From assembly GCA_035623395.1 (NCBI GenBank), contig DASPTN010000111.1, forward strand, positions 1-63,233: a stretch of DNA of 63,233 bases. The letters run 5' to 3'. A model generated the notes under the pieces. It was not told the origin of the DNA. It saw only the letters and a program-made list of their open reading frames with translations, and did no database searches. This document shows positions 8,213-16,840 of the stretch, in pieces; the first letter of the stretch is position 1; each line of letters starts with the position of its first letter. The DNA comes from Gemmatimonadales bacterium. GTDB lineage: Bacteria; Gemmatimonadota; Gemmatimonadetes; Gemmatimonadales; JACORV01. Position numbers and translations under genes: made by a program.

Positions 8213-10549
8213 ATGCGCCGCGCCGCCCTCATCGCCTGCCTGGCACTCGCCGCGGCCGCTTCCGCCGAGGCGCAGCGCCCGGTCGTGCCCACGCCCGCAT
8301 CCGTGCTCGGGTTCCAGCCCGGCACCGACCGCCGGCTCGTGGACTGGGACCCGATCGTGTCCTACTTCCGGGCGCTCCAGGAGACGAGCGACCGGGTGGT
8401 CGTCCACGAGATCGGTCGCACGACCAACGGCGCCCCGTTCATCGTGGCGTTCATCTCGAGTCCCGCCAACCTCGCCCGGCTCGGCGCGCTCGGCGTCATC
8501 CAGCGGCAGCTCGCCGACCCGAGGCTGGTTCACGACCCGGACGGCGCCGGGCGCCTGATTCGACGTGGACGCGTCTTCGTGCTGGTCACCGCGGGCATTC
8601 ACTCCACCGAAGTCGGCGGCTGGTTCACGCCGCTGGAGATCGCGTACCGGCTGGCGACGGGCACGTCCTCGGAGATCCGGACGATTCTCGACCGGACGGT
8701 GGTCCTGCTGGTCCCGTCGCTCAATCCGGACGGCGTGCCGATCGTCTCGCGGTGGTACGCCCAGACGCTCGGCACGGCGGCGGAGGGCACGAGCCCGCCG
8801 GAGCTCTACAACCGCTATGCGGGGCACGACGACAACCGCGACTGGTACGCGTTCACGCAGGTCGAGACTCGGCTCGTGGTGGACAGCCTCTACGACGTGT
8901 GGCACCCGCAGGTGACGCTGGACCTGCACCAGCAGGGGCCGGACGGCTCACGGATCTTCATTCCGCCCTATCTCGATCCCGTCGAGCCCAACGTCGATCC
9001 GTTGCTGGTCGCCGGAGACAACGCGCTGGGGCTCGCCATCGCGTGGCGCATGACGGCGGATGGCTTCACCGGTGTCGCCGTCAATTCGCTCTACGATGCC
9101 TGGTCCCCGGGGAGAGCCTTCGAGCACTACCACGGGGCCGCGCGCATCCTCACCGAGACCGCGAGCGCGAACCTGGCCAGTCCGGTTACCGTGCCGCCGG
9201 ACAGCCTGCGGCCGGCCCCCGGCCTCGATCCGCGCGTGGCCAGCTGGAACTTCGTCGCCCCCTGGCCCGGCGGCAGGTGGGGCATGGGCGACATCGTGCG
9301 CTATCAGACCGCCAGCGCAATGGCGCTGCTGGGCGAGGTGGCGACCTTCCGTCAGCGGTGGCTGCGCGACGCGGTCCAGGTGGCGGATCACGCGGTGCAC
9401 GGCTGGAGCGGCTGGCCGTACGCCTACGTGATTCCGGCGGCCGGCCAGAACCCCGTCGCGCTCGGCACGCTGCTCGAGATCTTCCGCCACGCCCAGGTGG
9501 AGGTGCGCGCCGCACGGGCAGCCTTCAGCCTCGGCCGGGAGCGGTTCTTCCCTGGGACCTACGTGGTCGTGCTCCGCCAGCCATATGCCGCCTTCGCCAA
9601 GGCCGTGCTGGAGAGGCAGTCGTACCCCGATCTGCGCGAATACCCCGGAGGTCCCCCGCGGCGGCCGTACGACGTGACGGCGCACAGCCTCTCGCTGCTG
9701 CTGGGTGTGCGGACCCTCGCGGTCGCCGAATCGCTGCCCGTCCCGCTGTCGGCGCCGATCGCTGCGGAGGCCCCCGCTCTCGTCGCGCCGGGTCTGTCGA
9801 CCGACCCCTCCGCTCCGCGGCCGAACGGCGCTTCGCCCCGGATCGCGATCTACCGCTCCTATGCGGCGCCGGAGGACGAAGGCTGGACCCGGTGGGTGCT
9901 GGATACGTGGAGGATCCCGTACCAGTCGATCGCGGATTCCGAGGTCCGGGCGGGTCGGCTCGCGGAACGCTTCGACGCCCTCATCTTGCCGAGCCAGGAG
10001 CCGGCGGCCCTGCTGAGCGGCCTTCCCGCCGACCGCTATCCCGGCAACCTGGCTGGCGGAGTCGGGCCCACGGGCGTGCAGGCGCTCCGCGACTTCGTCG
10101 ACGGCGGTGGCACCGTCATCGCGCTCAACCAGAGCTGCGGCTTCGCCATCGGCGCGTTGGATCTTCCGGTAACGGACCTGCTGCTCGACGTGCCCCCCAC
10201 CGACTTCTATGGTCCGGGGAGCATCCTGCGGCTGGTGCTCGACCCCGACGATCCGCTTGCGGCGGGGATGCCGAATCAGACGATCGCGTGGTTCGAGGGA
10301 GGTCCGGCGTTCGAGGTGCGCGATCCCTTGCGAGTCCGCGTGGTCGCCCGATACCCCGACGATCCGGCGGACGTCCTGCTGTCGGGCTGGCTCCTCGGGG
10401 CGCCGAGGCTTGCGGGGAAGGCGGCGATGGTCGAGGTACGGCGCGGACGGGGACGCGTGATCCTGTTCGGCTTCCGGCCCCAGTACCGGGGCCAGAGCCT
10501 GGCAACCTATCCGCTGCTGTTCAACGCCCTGAGGAGCGCGGCGCGCTGA
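8213..10549 (+). CDS. M14-family zinc carboxypeptidase with C-terminal class-I glutamine-amidotransferase-like domain, secreted
   Basis: An in-frame ATG at 8213 gives the signal peptide MRRAALIACLALAAAASAEAQ. Zinc motif VTAGIHSTEVGG (HxxE), then NPDG, HDDNRDW and LDLHQ. The C-terminal part (ALILPS..., GGGTVIALNQSCGF) resembles a DJ-1/GATase1 fold. Confidence 0.8.
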   Translation: MRRAALIACLALAAAASAEAQRPVVPTPASVLGFQPGTDRRLVDWDPIVSYFRALQETSDRVVVHEIGRTTNGAPFIVAFISSPANLARLGALGVIQRQLADPRLVHDPDGAGRLIRRGRVFVLVTAGIHSTEVGGWFTPLEIAYRLATGTSSEIRTILDRTVVLLVPSLNPDGVPIVSRWYAQTLGTAAEGTSPPELYNRYAGHDDNRDWYAFTQVETRLVVDSLYDVWHPQVTLDLHQQGPDGSRIFIPPYLDPVEPNVDPLLVAGDNALGLAIAWRMTADGFTGVAVNSLYDAWSPGRAFEHYHGAARILTETASANLASPVTVPPDSLRPAPGLDPRVASWNFVAPWPGGRWGMGDIVRYQTASAMALLGEVATFRQRWLRDAVQVADHAVHGWSGWPYAYVIPAAGQNPVALGTLLEIFRHAQVEVRAARAAFSLGRERFFPGTYVVVLRQPYAAFAKAVLERQSYPDLREYPGGPPRRPYDVTAHSLSLLLGVRTLAVAESLPVPLSAPIAAEAPALVAPGLSTDPSAPRPNGASPRIAIYRSYAAPEDEGWTRWVLDTWRIPYQSIADSEVRAGRLAERFDALILPSQEPAALLSGLPADRYPGNLAGGVGPTGVQALRDFVDGGGTVIALNQSCGFAIGALDLPVTDLLLDVPPTDFYGPGSILRLVLDPDDPLAAGMPNQTIAWFEGGPAFEVRDPLRVRVVARYPDDPADVLLSGWLLGAPRLAGKAAMVEVRRGRGRVILFGFRPQYRGQSLATYPLLFNALRSAAR

Positions 10550-10555
10550 GCGCCG

Positions 10556-10843
10556 CTACAGAGCGGCCACCGCGCGCTTCAGTGCGGCGAGCGCCTGCTC
10601 GTTGAGGCAGTAGCAGACCCGCGGAGGCTCGACTTCGCCGACGATCAGCCCCGCGTTCCGCAGGACCTTCAGGTGCTGCGAAACCGTGGACTGGGCGAGT
10701 GGAAGCTGGTCGACGATGTCGCCGCACGTGCAGCGGCCACGCTGCGCCGCGAGATAGCGGACGATCGCCAGCCGGGCCGGGTGGCCGAGCGCCTTGCACT
10801 GCCTGGCGAGGCGCACACCGGAGTCGAAGCTGGTGCCTGCCAC
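10556..10843 (-). CDS. ArsR/SmtB-family transcriptional regulator (95 aa)
   Basis: ...[59 protein letters not shown]... The GTG at 10843 is preceded by GGGGAGGGG, and the upstream gene stops at 10857. The track start at 10945 overlaps that upstream gene. Confidence 0.8.
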   Translation of the reverse strand: MAGTSFDSGVRLARQCKALGHPARLAIVRYLAAQRGRCTCGDIVDQLPLAQSTVSQHLKVLRNAGLIVGEVEPPRVCYCLNEQALAALKRAVAAL

Positions 10844-10856
10844 TGCCCCTCCCCGC

Positions 10857-12881
10857 TCAGGAGATCCCTGCCGGTGCCGGCTCCGGCTCCCAGGCGGTGA
10901 TGTAGCCCGCGAGCGCCGACGCCGCCACCGTGTACGGCGACGCAAGGTAGAGCTGGCCGGGGCCGGAGCGTCCCGGGAAGTTGCGATTGATCGCCGAGAT
11001 CGTCACCTCGCCCTTCGATCGGGACACACCGGGGCCGGCGTTGATGCATGCCCCGCACGACGGCTCGATGAACGTGGCACCGACCTGCGCGAAGATGCGA
11101 TCGTAGCCCCGCGCCTGACAGTACCTGAAGACCTCCTGCGAGCCGCACTGGATGAAGCACCGCACCCCCGGCGCCACCCGGCGCCCCTGGGCGGCGGCTT
11201 CGCCGAAGACGCGCGCGTACATGTCCATGTCCTCGCGCTTGCCGGCCGTGCACGACCCGGCGTACGCGATGTCGACCTTCACCCGCTCGCCGAGCTCGGC
11301 GATCTCGCGCCCGTTGCCCGGATCGCCTGGGAGCGCGATCATCGGCTTCAGCGCCGACGCGTCGATCTCGATGTCCCGCACGTACTCGGCCCCGGGGTCG
11401 GAGAACAGCCCGGCGCAGAGTCGCTCGGCGTCGGCCGGCGCCAGCCCACGCTGCTCGACGAGAAAGCCCACGGTCCGCTGGTCGGGCGCGATGATTCCGG
11501 TGAACGCACCGACTTCCGCCGCCATGTTCGTCATGGTGGCGCGCTCGTCTACGCTGAGTGCCTCGACGGCCTCGCCGCAGTACTCGACCACCTGCCCGAT
11601 GGCGTCCCCGTTCTTCACGTACGGGTGGCGCAGCAGCTGCAGCATGATGTCCTTCGCGGTGATGCCGTCGGGCTTCCGGCCGCGAACCACGACCCGGAAG
11701 GACGGCGGAACCTGGACCCGGACGTCGCGGGTGATCCAGCTGTTGAAGACCGCCGTGGTCCCGACCCCGAAGGCGACGCAGCCCACCGCCCCGGCATGGG
11801 GCGTGTGGGAGTCGCTGCCGATGATGACCTGTCCCGGCAGGGCGTGCGCTTCCAAGATCTTCGAATGACAGATCGCCTCGGAGCCGAGGCGGCCGAGCCC
11901 GAGCTCGCCGTAGAGCTTTACGCCCTTCGCGGCGGCGAACTGCCGCTGCTTGACCTCCAGCTGGCTCGCCACGTCCAGCAGGCCCTCCGCGATCCGCTCC
12001 GGAGTCATGGCGTCACGCAGGAACGTCAGGTGGTCGCGGAAGAAGAAGATGGACGCCGGATCGTTCAGCGGCTCGTCGGGGCCGAGCAGCTGCTCGAAGA
12101 AGATCGCGGCCATCGGGGTCACGTACTCGTGACTGAAGCGCACATCGGTGACGACGAAGCCCTCGTCGCCCGGCGCGACCGCCGGGACGCCGGTCCGCCC
12201 GGCTGCGGCATCCACCACCCAATGCCGCGCGAAGATCTTCTCCGCGATCGTCATCGGCCGGGGCGACGTGGTCACGGTCGGCACGCGCACGGCGCCCTGC
12301 AGCCGCGCCACATTGTAGTTGAACAGGCCGCCGAACTCGATGATGTCCCGGGTGATCCGCCCTTCACCCGCCGTGAACAGCGATAGCGGGATGGCCTCCC
12401 CGCGGCGCACGCGCTCGAGGACCGAGAAGTCCGTGGTCGTCAGGATCCCGAGGTTCTGGCAGTTCTCGTGGTAGATCCGCTCGATGCTCTCGCCGGCGAC
12501 CAGCTGGATCCCGGCGCGCAGCTCCGCATAGGGCGACTGCTCGCGCGACGAGCCCTTGCCGCGGCGCTTGCCGGCCGCCGAGGCCACGAAGCCGCCGCGC
12601 TTGACCGAGCCTCGGGTGATGGGGAACTGGTCGCCCGCCTTGAGACCGAGGTAGGGGAACTCGCCCAGCGTGTCGTCGAAGTAGTAGCAGATGTAGGCGG
12701 GGGTGATCTCGTCGGTCGAGACGTTGTCGCGGAGCTTCACGCCGGGCTGCCAGTCGAGGTCCTGGCCTGCGAGCTGGCGCGCGATCAGCTCCGGATCCTC
12801 CGTCAGGTAGAGGACACGTCCGGAGAGCCGGACCTGCTCCGGCCGGCGCGTCACGCGACGCGCGAGCAACGATGTGGGCAT
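10857..12881 (-). CDS. Aconitase-family Fe-S hydro-lyase, permuted fusion (LeuD-like swivel domain N-terminal, LeuC-like catalytic domains C-terminal)
   Basis: The internal ATG at 12881 gives [10 protein letters not shown]... The swivel-like part is [10 protein letters not shown]...[41 protein letters not shown]. The catalytic part is [11 protein letters not shown]...[14 protein letters not shown]...[13 protein letters not shown]...[13 protein letters not shown] (three Cys ligands). Confidence 0.8.
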   Translation of the reverse strand: MPTSLLARRVTRRPEQVRLSGRVLYLTEDPELIARQLAGQDLDWQPGVKLRDNVSTDEITPAYICYYFDDTLGEFPYLGLKAGDQFPITRGSVKRGGFVASAAGKRRGKGSSREQSPYAELRAGIQLVAGESIERIYHENCQNLGILTTTDFSVLERVRRGEAIPLSLFTAGEGRITRDIIEFGGLFNYNVARLQGAVRVPTVTTSPRPMTIAEKIFARHWVVDAAAGRTGVPAVAPGDEGFVVTDVRFSHEYVTPMAAIFFEQLLGPDEPLNDPASIFFFRDHLTFLRDAMTPERIAEGLLDVASQLEVKQRQFAAAKGVKLYGELGLGRLGSEAICHSKILEAHALPGQVIIGSDSHTPHAGAVGCVAFGVGTTAVFNSWITRDVRVQVPPSFRVVVRGRKPDGITAKDIMLQLLRHPYVKNGDAIGQVVEYCGEAVEALSVDERATMTNMAAEVGAFTGIIAPDQRTVGFLVEQRGLAPADAERLCAGLFSDPGAEYVRDIEIDASALKPMIALPGDPGNGREIAELGERVKVDIAYAGSCTAGKREDMDMYARVFGEAAAQGRRVAPGVRCFIQCGSQEVFRYCQARGYDRIFAQVGATFIEPSCGACINAGPGVSRSKGEVTISAINRNFPGRSGPGQLYLASPYTVAASALAGYITAWEPEPAPAGIS

Positions 12882-12919
12882 GATCGAAAGATCGACCGCA
12901 GTCGCACGGCGGGCAAGGA

Positions 12920-12949
12920 TTGCCGCCGGGCACGACGGCCTGGTACACT
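12920..12949 (+). promoter_or_regulatory. Candidate sigma70-type promoter (TTGCCG-18 nt-TACACT) placing the TSS at or next to the GTG start at 12957
   Basis: The hexamers are read directly from the sequence. The -10 hexamer ends 7 nt before the start codon, and no SD is present. Confidence 0.3.
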
Positions 12950-12956
12950 GCCCCGC

Positions 12957-13883
12957 GTGCGCCGCGCGATCGTGCTCCTCGGATGCCTGCTCGTGGCGAG
13001 CTCGCCGGCCGCGGCCCAGCAGCGGCCGCGCCTCGAGCATGTCGACGACGCCGTGCTGCGGTCGCCGCGCCTGGTCGAAAGCTCGGGGGTGACGACCAGC
13101 ACCCGTCGAGCCGGAGTGCTGTGGACGCACAACGACAGCGGGGACGAGCCGCGGCTCTATGCCACCGATTCCGCCGGCGACGATCTGGGCTCACTGCTGG
13201 TCACCGGAGCCCGCAACGTGGACTGGGAAGACCTGGGCGCCGGGCCGTGCCCGGGCGTCGCCGCCCGGTGCCTGTTCCCCGCCGACATCGGAGACAACCT
13301 CCACTCGCGGCGGGAGATCGTGGTTTACCGCCTCCCCGAGCCCGAGCCGCCCAACGGCGCCGCGGACACGCTGCGATCGGTGTCGGTGGAGTCCGCTCTC
13401 GTGCTGCGTTATCCCGACCACCCCCATGACGCCGAGGCCATCGTCGTCGATCCGGCGGCGCGCATGTTCATCATCACGAAGGAGGCGTTCGGCCGACCCC
13501 GGGTGTACCGGGTGCCCCCGAGGGCGGCGCCCCAGCGCCCGGGCGATGTGGATACGCTGCGGTTCGTGGGCCTGCTGGACATCGCGCCGAACCTGCTGCT
13601 GCTCCGCGTCGTCACCGGGGCCGCCGTATCCCCCGACGGCGTGACGCTAGCGGTGCGCACCTACTCCTCCCTCCACTTTTTCCGTCTGCGGGGCGACTCC
13701 CTCCCGACGCCGCTGACGCCTGCGCGCGGCCTCATGATTCCCTTCGTCGAGCCGCAGGGAGAAGGCGTGGCGTTCGTTGCCCCCGACCTGCTGGTTCTGA
13801 CCTCGGAGCGAGGGAACGCGGCCTTCGGTACCGTTGCCAGAGTGCGTGTGATCGGGCTGCCCGAGACGTCACCGGGGCCCTAG
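12957..13883 (+). CDS. Secreted hypothetical protein (308 aa), possible beta-propeller
   Basis: GTG at 12957 gives VRRAIVLLGCLLVASSPAAAQQ (signal peptide), then SSGVTTS...LWTHNDSGDEPRLYA...DWEDLG...ADIGDN... The composition is balanced. The part of the track ORF upstream of 12957 overlaps the aconitase-family gene. Confidence 0.6.
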   Translation: MRRAIVLLGCLLVASSPAAAQQRPRLEHVDDAVLRSPRLVESSGVTTSTRRAGVLWTHNDSGDEPRLYATDSAGDDLGSLLVTGARNVDWEDLGAGPCPGVAARCLFPADIGDNLHSRREIVVYRLPEPEPPNGAADTLRSVSVESALVLRYPDHPHDAEAIVVDPAARMFIITKEAFGRPRVYRVPPRAAPQRPGDVDTLRFVGLLDIAPNLLLLRVVTGAAVSPDGVTLAVRTYSSLHFFRLRGDSLPTPLTPARGLMIPFVEPQGEGVAFVAPDLLVLTSERGNAAFGTVARVRVIGLPETSPGP

Positions 13884-13954
13884 CCTGGCGTGGGACGGAC
13901 TTGTAACTTTGGCGGCCGTTTGAGTCGGACGCCGCAACCTCCCCGGAGGCGAGC

Positions 13955-15055
13955 CTGACCCTTCCCACCTCGCATCGTGTCCCTGTTTCCTGGCTGCTCC
14001 AGTACGGCTGCCCTGCCATCAGGTATCGCACCCTCACGGAGATCGTGGGGAGTCCGGATCCGGCCCAGCTGGAGGCGCTGAGGCCAGAGCTGGAGGCGTA
14101 CGGGCCCGCTCGCCAGGTCGTCAAGAAACAGAAGGACACCGGAATCTGGGGAGGCAATCTCCTCGGCGTATCGCCCAACAAGGCTGCCGGGATCAAGGAC
14201 GTTGGCACCATCCACCAGTACCGCCGGCTCGTGGAGCTTTGCTGGACCCAGGAAAGCCGGCCCCTCAAGCTCGCAGGTCGCCTGTTGTACCGGATCCTCT
14301 CGCGCGACAACGACCCAAAGCTGCTGTTCGAGTATCAGAAGTTCGGTGCCGCCGAGGCCGGCGTCGAGCCCTGGATCAGAGAGATCATCCGGGAGGCCGC
14401 CGCGGCGGCGCTGGCGCAAGCGGGCCAGGGCGACGACCCGAGAGTCCGCGGCGCTGCTCACCGGATCGCGAACGCGGTGTCGCAGTTTCTCCGGGGCGAG
14501 GCGGTCGAGGAACCCCTGGTCAAGACGTCCCAGGGGTGGGTGCTCAAACCGGGGACCTACCCGCCCACGCTCTTCTCCGTCGCCTTGCTCGCGATGCTCC
14601 CGGCGGTGCAACGCGAGCGCGCCGGCCTCGTCGAGCGGTTGGGCACGTACCTGGCGCAGCCGGCCACCAAGAAGAGCTTCGGCGTGGCCTGCGGCAAGAA
14701 GGTCCTCAAGCCGACGTTCGTCCTGCTCGGCGATCCGCTGAAGGTCTCCGCCTCCGGCCAGCCGGACGATCTGCCTTTCGCGCTCTACTGGATGGAGATC
14801 CTAGCGCGCCTCGGCGTCCTTCAGCGCTCTGCGAGCGCCGCCCGGGCATGGGCACGGCTGCTCAAGGACTGCGACGAGCAGGGGGTGTGGAGCCCCAAGA
14901 ACCTGCGCACCATCCCTCGGCGGACCTCGCCGTGGTCCTACCACGCGTTCCCGCTCCAGGCTGACGCCCGGAGCCCCGAGAGTCGACAGGCCGACGTCAC
15001 GTTCCGCATGGCCTTGATCGCGCGCCTGGCGGGCTGGGAGGTCGCCCGCGCGTAA
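13955..15055 (+). CDS. Hypothetical protein (possible alpha/alpha-toroid repeat protein); start probably non-canonical CTG
   Basis: The track ORF starts at GTG 14045, but the frame is open from 13907. The upstream in-frame peptide LTLPTSHRVPVSWLLQYGCPAIRYRTLTEIVG looks like genuine coding sequence. The only plausible initiator is CTG at 13955, 5 nt after a perfect GGAGG (13945-13949). Repeated 'D/E-x-G-[IV]-W' motifs occur (KDTGIWGG, DEQGVWSP). Confidence 0.55.
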   Translation: MTLPTSHRVPVSWLLQYGCPAIRYRTLTEIVGSPDPAQLEALRPELEAYGPARQVVKKQKDTGIWGGNLLGVSPNKAAGIKDVGTIHQYRRLVELCWTQESRPLKLAGRLLYRILSRDNDPKLLFEYQKFGAAEAGVEPWIREIIREAAAAALAQAGQGDDPRVRGAAHRIANAVSQFLRGEAVEEPLVKTSQGWVLKPGTYPPTLFSVALLAMLPAVQRERAGLVERLGTYLAQPATKKSFGVACGKKVLKPTFVLLGDPLKVSASGQPDDLPFALYWMEILARLGVLQRSASAARAWARLLKDCDEQGVWSPKNLRTIPRRTSPWSYHAFPLQADARSPESRQADVTFRMALIARLAGWEVARA

Positions 15056-15077
15056 CGGGGCGACCGGACGATGCGTG

Positions 15078-15112
15078 TTGACTGACCGCTAGGTAGTAGC
15101 TATTGCTACTAC
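15078..15112 (+). promoter_or_regulatory. Candidate promoter (TTGACT-17 nt-TATTGC) with overlapping inverted repeat GTAGTAGC-TATT-GCTACTAC directly abutting the trmB-family start
   Basis: TTGACT lies at 15078-15083 and TATTGC at 15101-15106. The 8-bp inverted repeat spans 15093-15112, and the GTG start is at 15114. This is the most AT-rich spot in the area. Confidence 0.4.
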
Positions 15113-15113
15113 T

Positions 15114-15827
15114 GTGGATGAGCTTCTCCGCTTTGGCTTCACACCGACGGAAAGCAGAGTCTACGTCGCTCTGCTTCGCCACTCCCCAGCCACCGGCTAC
15201 GCCGTCGCCCGTGAGGCCGCCCTGGCCCGCGCGAACACGTACGGCGCGCTCGAGAGCATGGCCGCGAGGGGCTTCGTGACGCGGCTCCCCGGCAGCCCGG
15301 CGCGCTGGGTGGCCGAGGATCCGGACACGCTCCTGGGGCGCTTGGGGCGCGAAACCCAGCAGCAACTTCAGCGCCTGGCGCAGCAGCTGTCCGCCGTGGA
15401 GCGACGGAGCGCCCAACCGGGGCCGGCGGCCGTCGAGCTGCTCGCGGAACGCTCGGCGGTGCTCGACCGCGTGGCGGAATGGGCACGCGGCGCCCGCGAG
15501 GAGCTGCTCGCGGTCGTCGGTCCGTGGGCGTCCGATGTGTATCAGGACTTCGTCCGGGCTCGCGGCGCGCGCACCGCCGTGCGGCTGCTATCGCTGGGTG
15601 AGCCCGCCCCCGAGGGCGCGCTGGTGCGAGCCGTGTCCCCGGCGGACATCCGGTCGTACTGGGGCGGCCTGCCGATCGCAGTCGTCACCGATCGACGCCG
15701 CGCCGTCTGCGCGCTCGAGACCGGATCCGGCACGACTGGCGTTGCGACGACCCATCCCGCCGTGGTTCCCTTCGTCCGTCACCTGCTGCGCCGCGAACTC
15801 GCCTCCGCGGCGCAGGGCACGAGCTGA
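15114..15827 (+). CDS. TrmB-family transcriptional regulator
   Basis: The N-terminal wHTH, FGFTPTESRVYVALLRHSPATGYAVAREAALARANTYGALESMAARGFV, matches the TrmB pattern. Total length is 237 aa. Confidence 0.75.
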   Translation: MDELLRFGFTPTESRVYVALLRHSPATGYAVAREAALARANTYGALESMAARGFVTRLPGSPARWVAEDPDTLLGRLGRETQQQLQRLAQQLSAVERRSAQPGPAAVELLAERSAVLDRVAEWARGAREELLAVVGPWASDVYQDFVRARGARTAVRLLSLGEPAPEGALVRAVSPADIRSYWGGLPIAVVTDRRRAVCALETGSGTTGVATTHPAVVPFVRHLLRRELASAAQGTS

Positions 15828-15853
15828 GGCGGAGATCGAATCGGAGAGGCCCG

Positions 15854-16213
15854 ATGGTCCCTGACCCAGACGATCTCCTCACCCAGCAGCTTCGGCAGCT
15901 GCGCCGTGAATACCTGGTCGATTCGATCAAGCGCGTGGAGGAGCTCCGCGCGCTGCAGGCCGCGCTCGCTGGCGACCAGCAGGCCGTACTGGTCCGGCTC
16001 CGGCAGGCCTTCCACAAGCTGGCCGGTTCCGGCGGGTCCTATGGGTTCCCGGTTGTGAGCGCGCGGAGCCGGGAGGGCGAGGCCCTGGTTCAGCGCCTGG
16101 AGGCCGTGGCCGCCCCGCTCACGGCCGCCGATCGAGCCAGCATCGAGGCGTGCATCACCAGCATCGACCGTGCCTTTGCCGACGCCAGATCGTCCATGGA
16201 GTCGTCGCCGTAG
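15854..16213 (+). CDS. Stand-alone histidine phosphotransfer (Hpt) domain protein
   Basis: 119 aa, predicted helical. RQAFHKLAGSGGSYGF matches the Hpt H-x-L-K/A-G-S-x-x-x-x-G phospho-His motif. Confidence 0.7.
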   Translation: MVPDPDDLLTQQLRQLRREYLVDSIKRVEELRALQAALAGDQQAVLVRLRQAFHKLAGSGGSYGFPVVSARSREGEALVQRLEAVAAPLTAADRASIEACITSIDRAFADARSSMESSP

Positions 16214-16217
16214 CCGC

Positions 16218-16268
16218 TTGACCGCAGGTCGACGCCAGCCTAGGTTCCCTCGTCAACCATTCAGTTGA
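16218..16268 (+). promoter_or_regulatory. Candidate promoter TTGACC-17 nt-TAGGTT plus inverted repeat TCAAC-N6-GTTGA overlapping the tetR start codon
   Basis: TTGACC lies at 16218-16223 and TAGGTT at 16241-16246. The repeat TCAAC(16253-57)-CATTCA-GTTGA(16264-68) contains the TTG start at 16265. Confidence 0.4.
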
Positions 16269-16807
16269 GCAGTTGCGTGCTTTCAGCCAACGAGCGGCCC
16301 CGCCGAGATCGGATCCTGTCAGCTGCTGAGGCGGAGTTCGCGGCGCACGGGTTCGCCGGGGCGCGGGTGGAACGGATAGCGGCCGCTGCCGGCGTGAACA
16401 AGCAGTTGCTGTTTCACTATTTCGAGTCGAAGGCAGGACTCCACAGGGCCGTCGCGGAGGCGGTCACCGGCCGGCTGGATCTGGAGTCGGGCGTGCGAGG
16501 CACCCCCGTGGAGAGGCTGCGCGACCTGGTGAAACGCCTGGCGGCAGCCGTTCCTCACCTCGGAGCGCTCATCGTCGACGACACCCGGTCAAGAGCCGTG
16601 CAGGCAGTCGTCCGGATCCTCGAGGACGGTCAGCGTTCGGGCCACTTCAGGGACGACCTCAATCTGGAGCCTGTGGCGGAGGTGGTCGTCTCGGCGTCAC
16701 TCGGCCACGGGCGTGCACTTGTCGGCCCGCGCTCTGCAGGCACCCAGCCGGCTGATTTCGAGGGGACTGTCGCCCGGATGGTGGCGGACTACTGCGCCTG
16801 GCACTAG
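16265..16807 (+). CDS. TetR/AcrR-family transcriptional regulator
   Basis: RRDRILSAAEAEFAAHGFAGARVERIAAAAGVNKQLLFHYFESKAGLHRAV is the canonical TetR_N HTH. Confidence 0.85.
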   Translation: MSSCVLSANERPRRDRILSAAEAEFAAHGFAGARVERIAAAAGVNKQLLFHYFESKAGLHRAVAEAVTGRLDLESGVRGTPVERLRDLVKRLAAAVPHLGALIVDDTRSRAVQAVVRILEDGQRSGHFRDDLNLEPVAEVVVSASLGHGRALVGPRSAGTQPADFEGTVARMVADYCAWH

Positions 16808-16840
16808 ACGTCAACTGACTGGTTGATGGGCGGACCCCTC

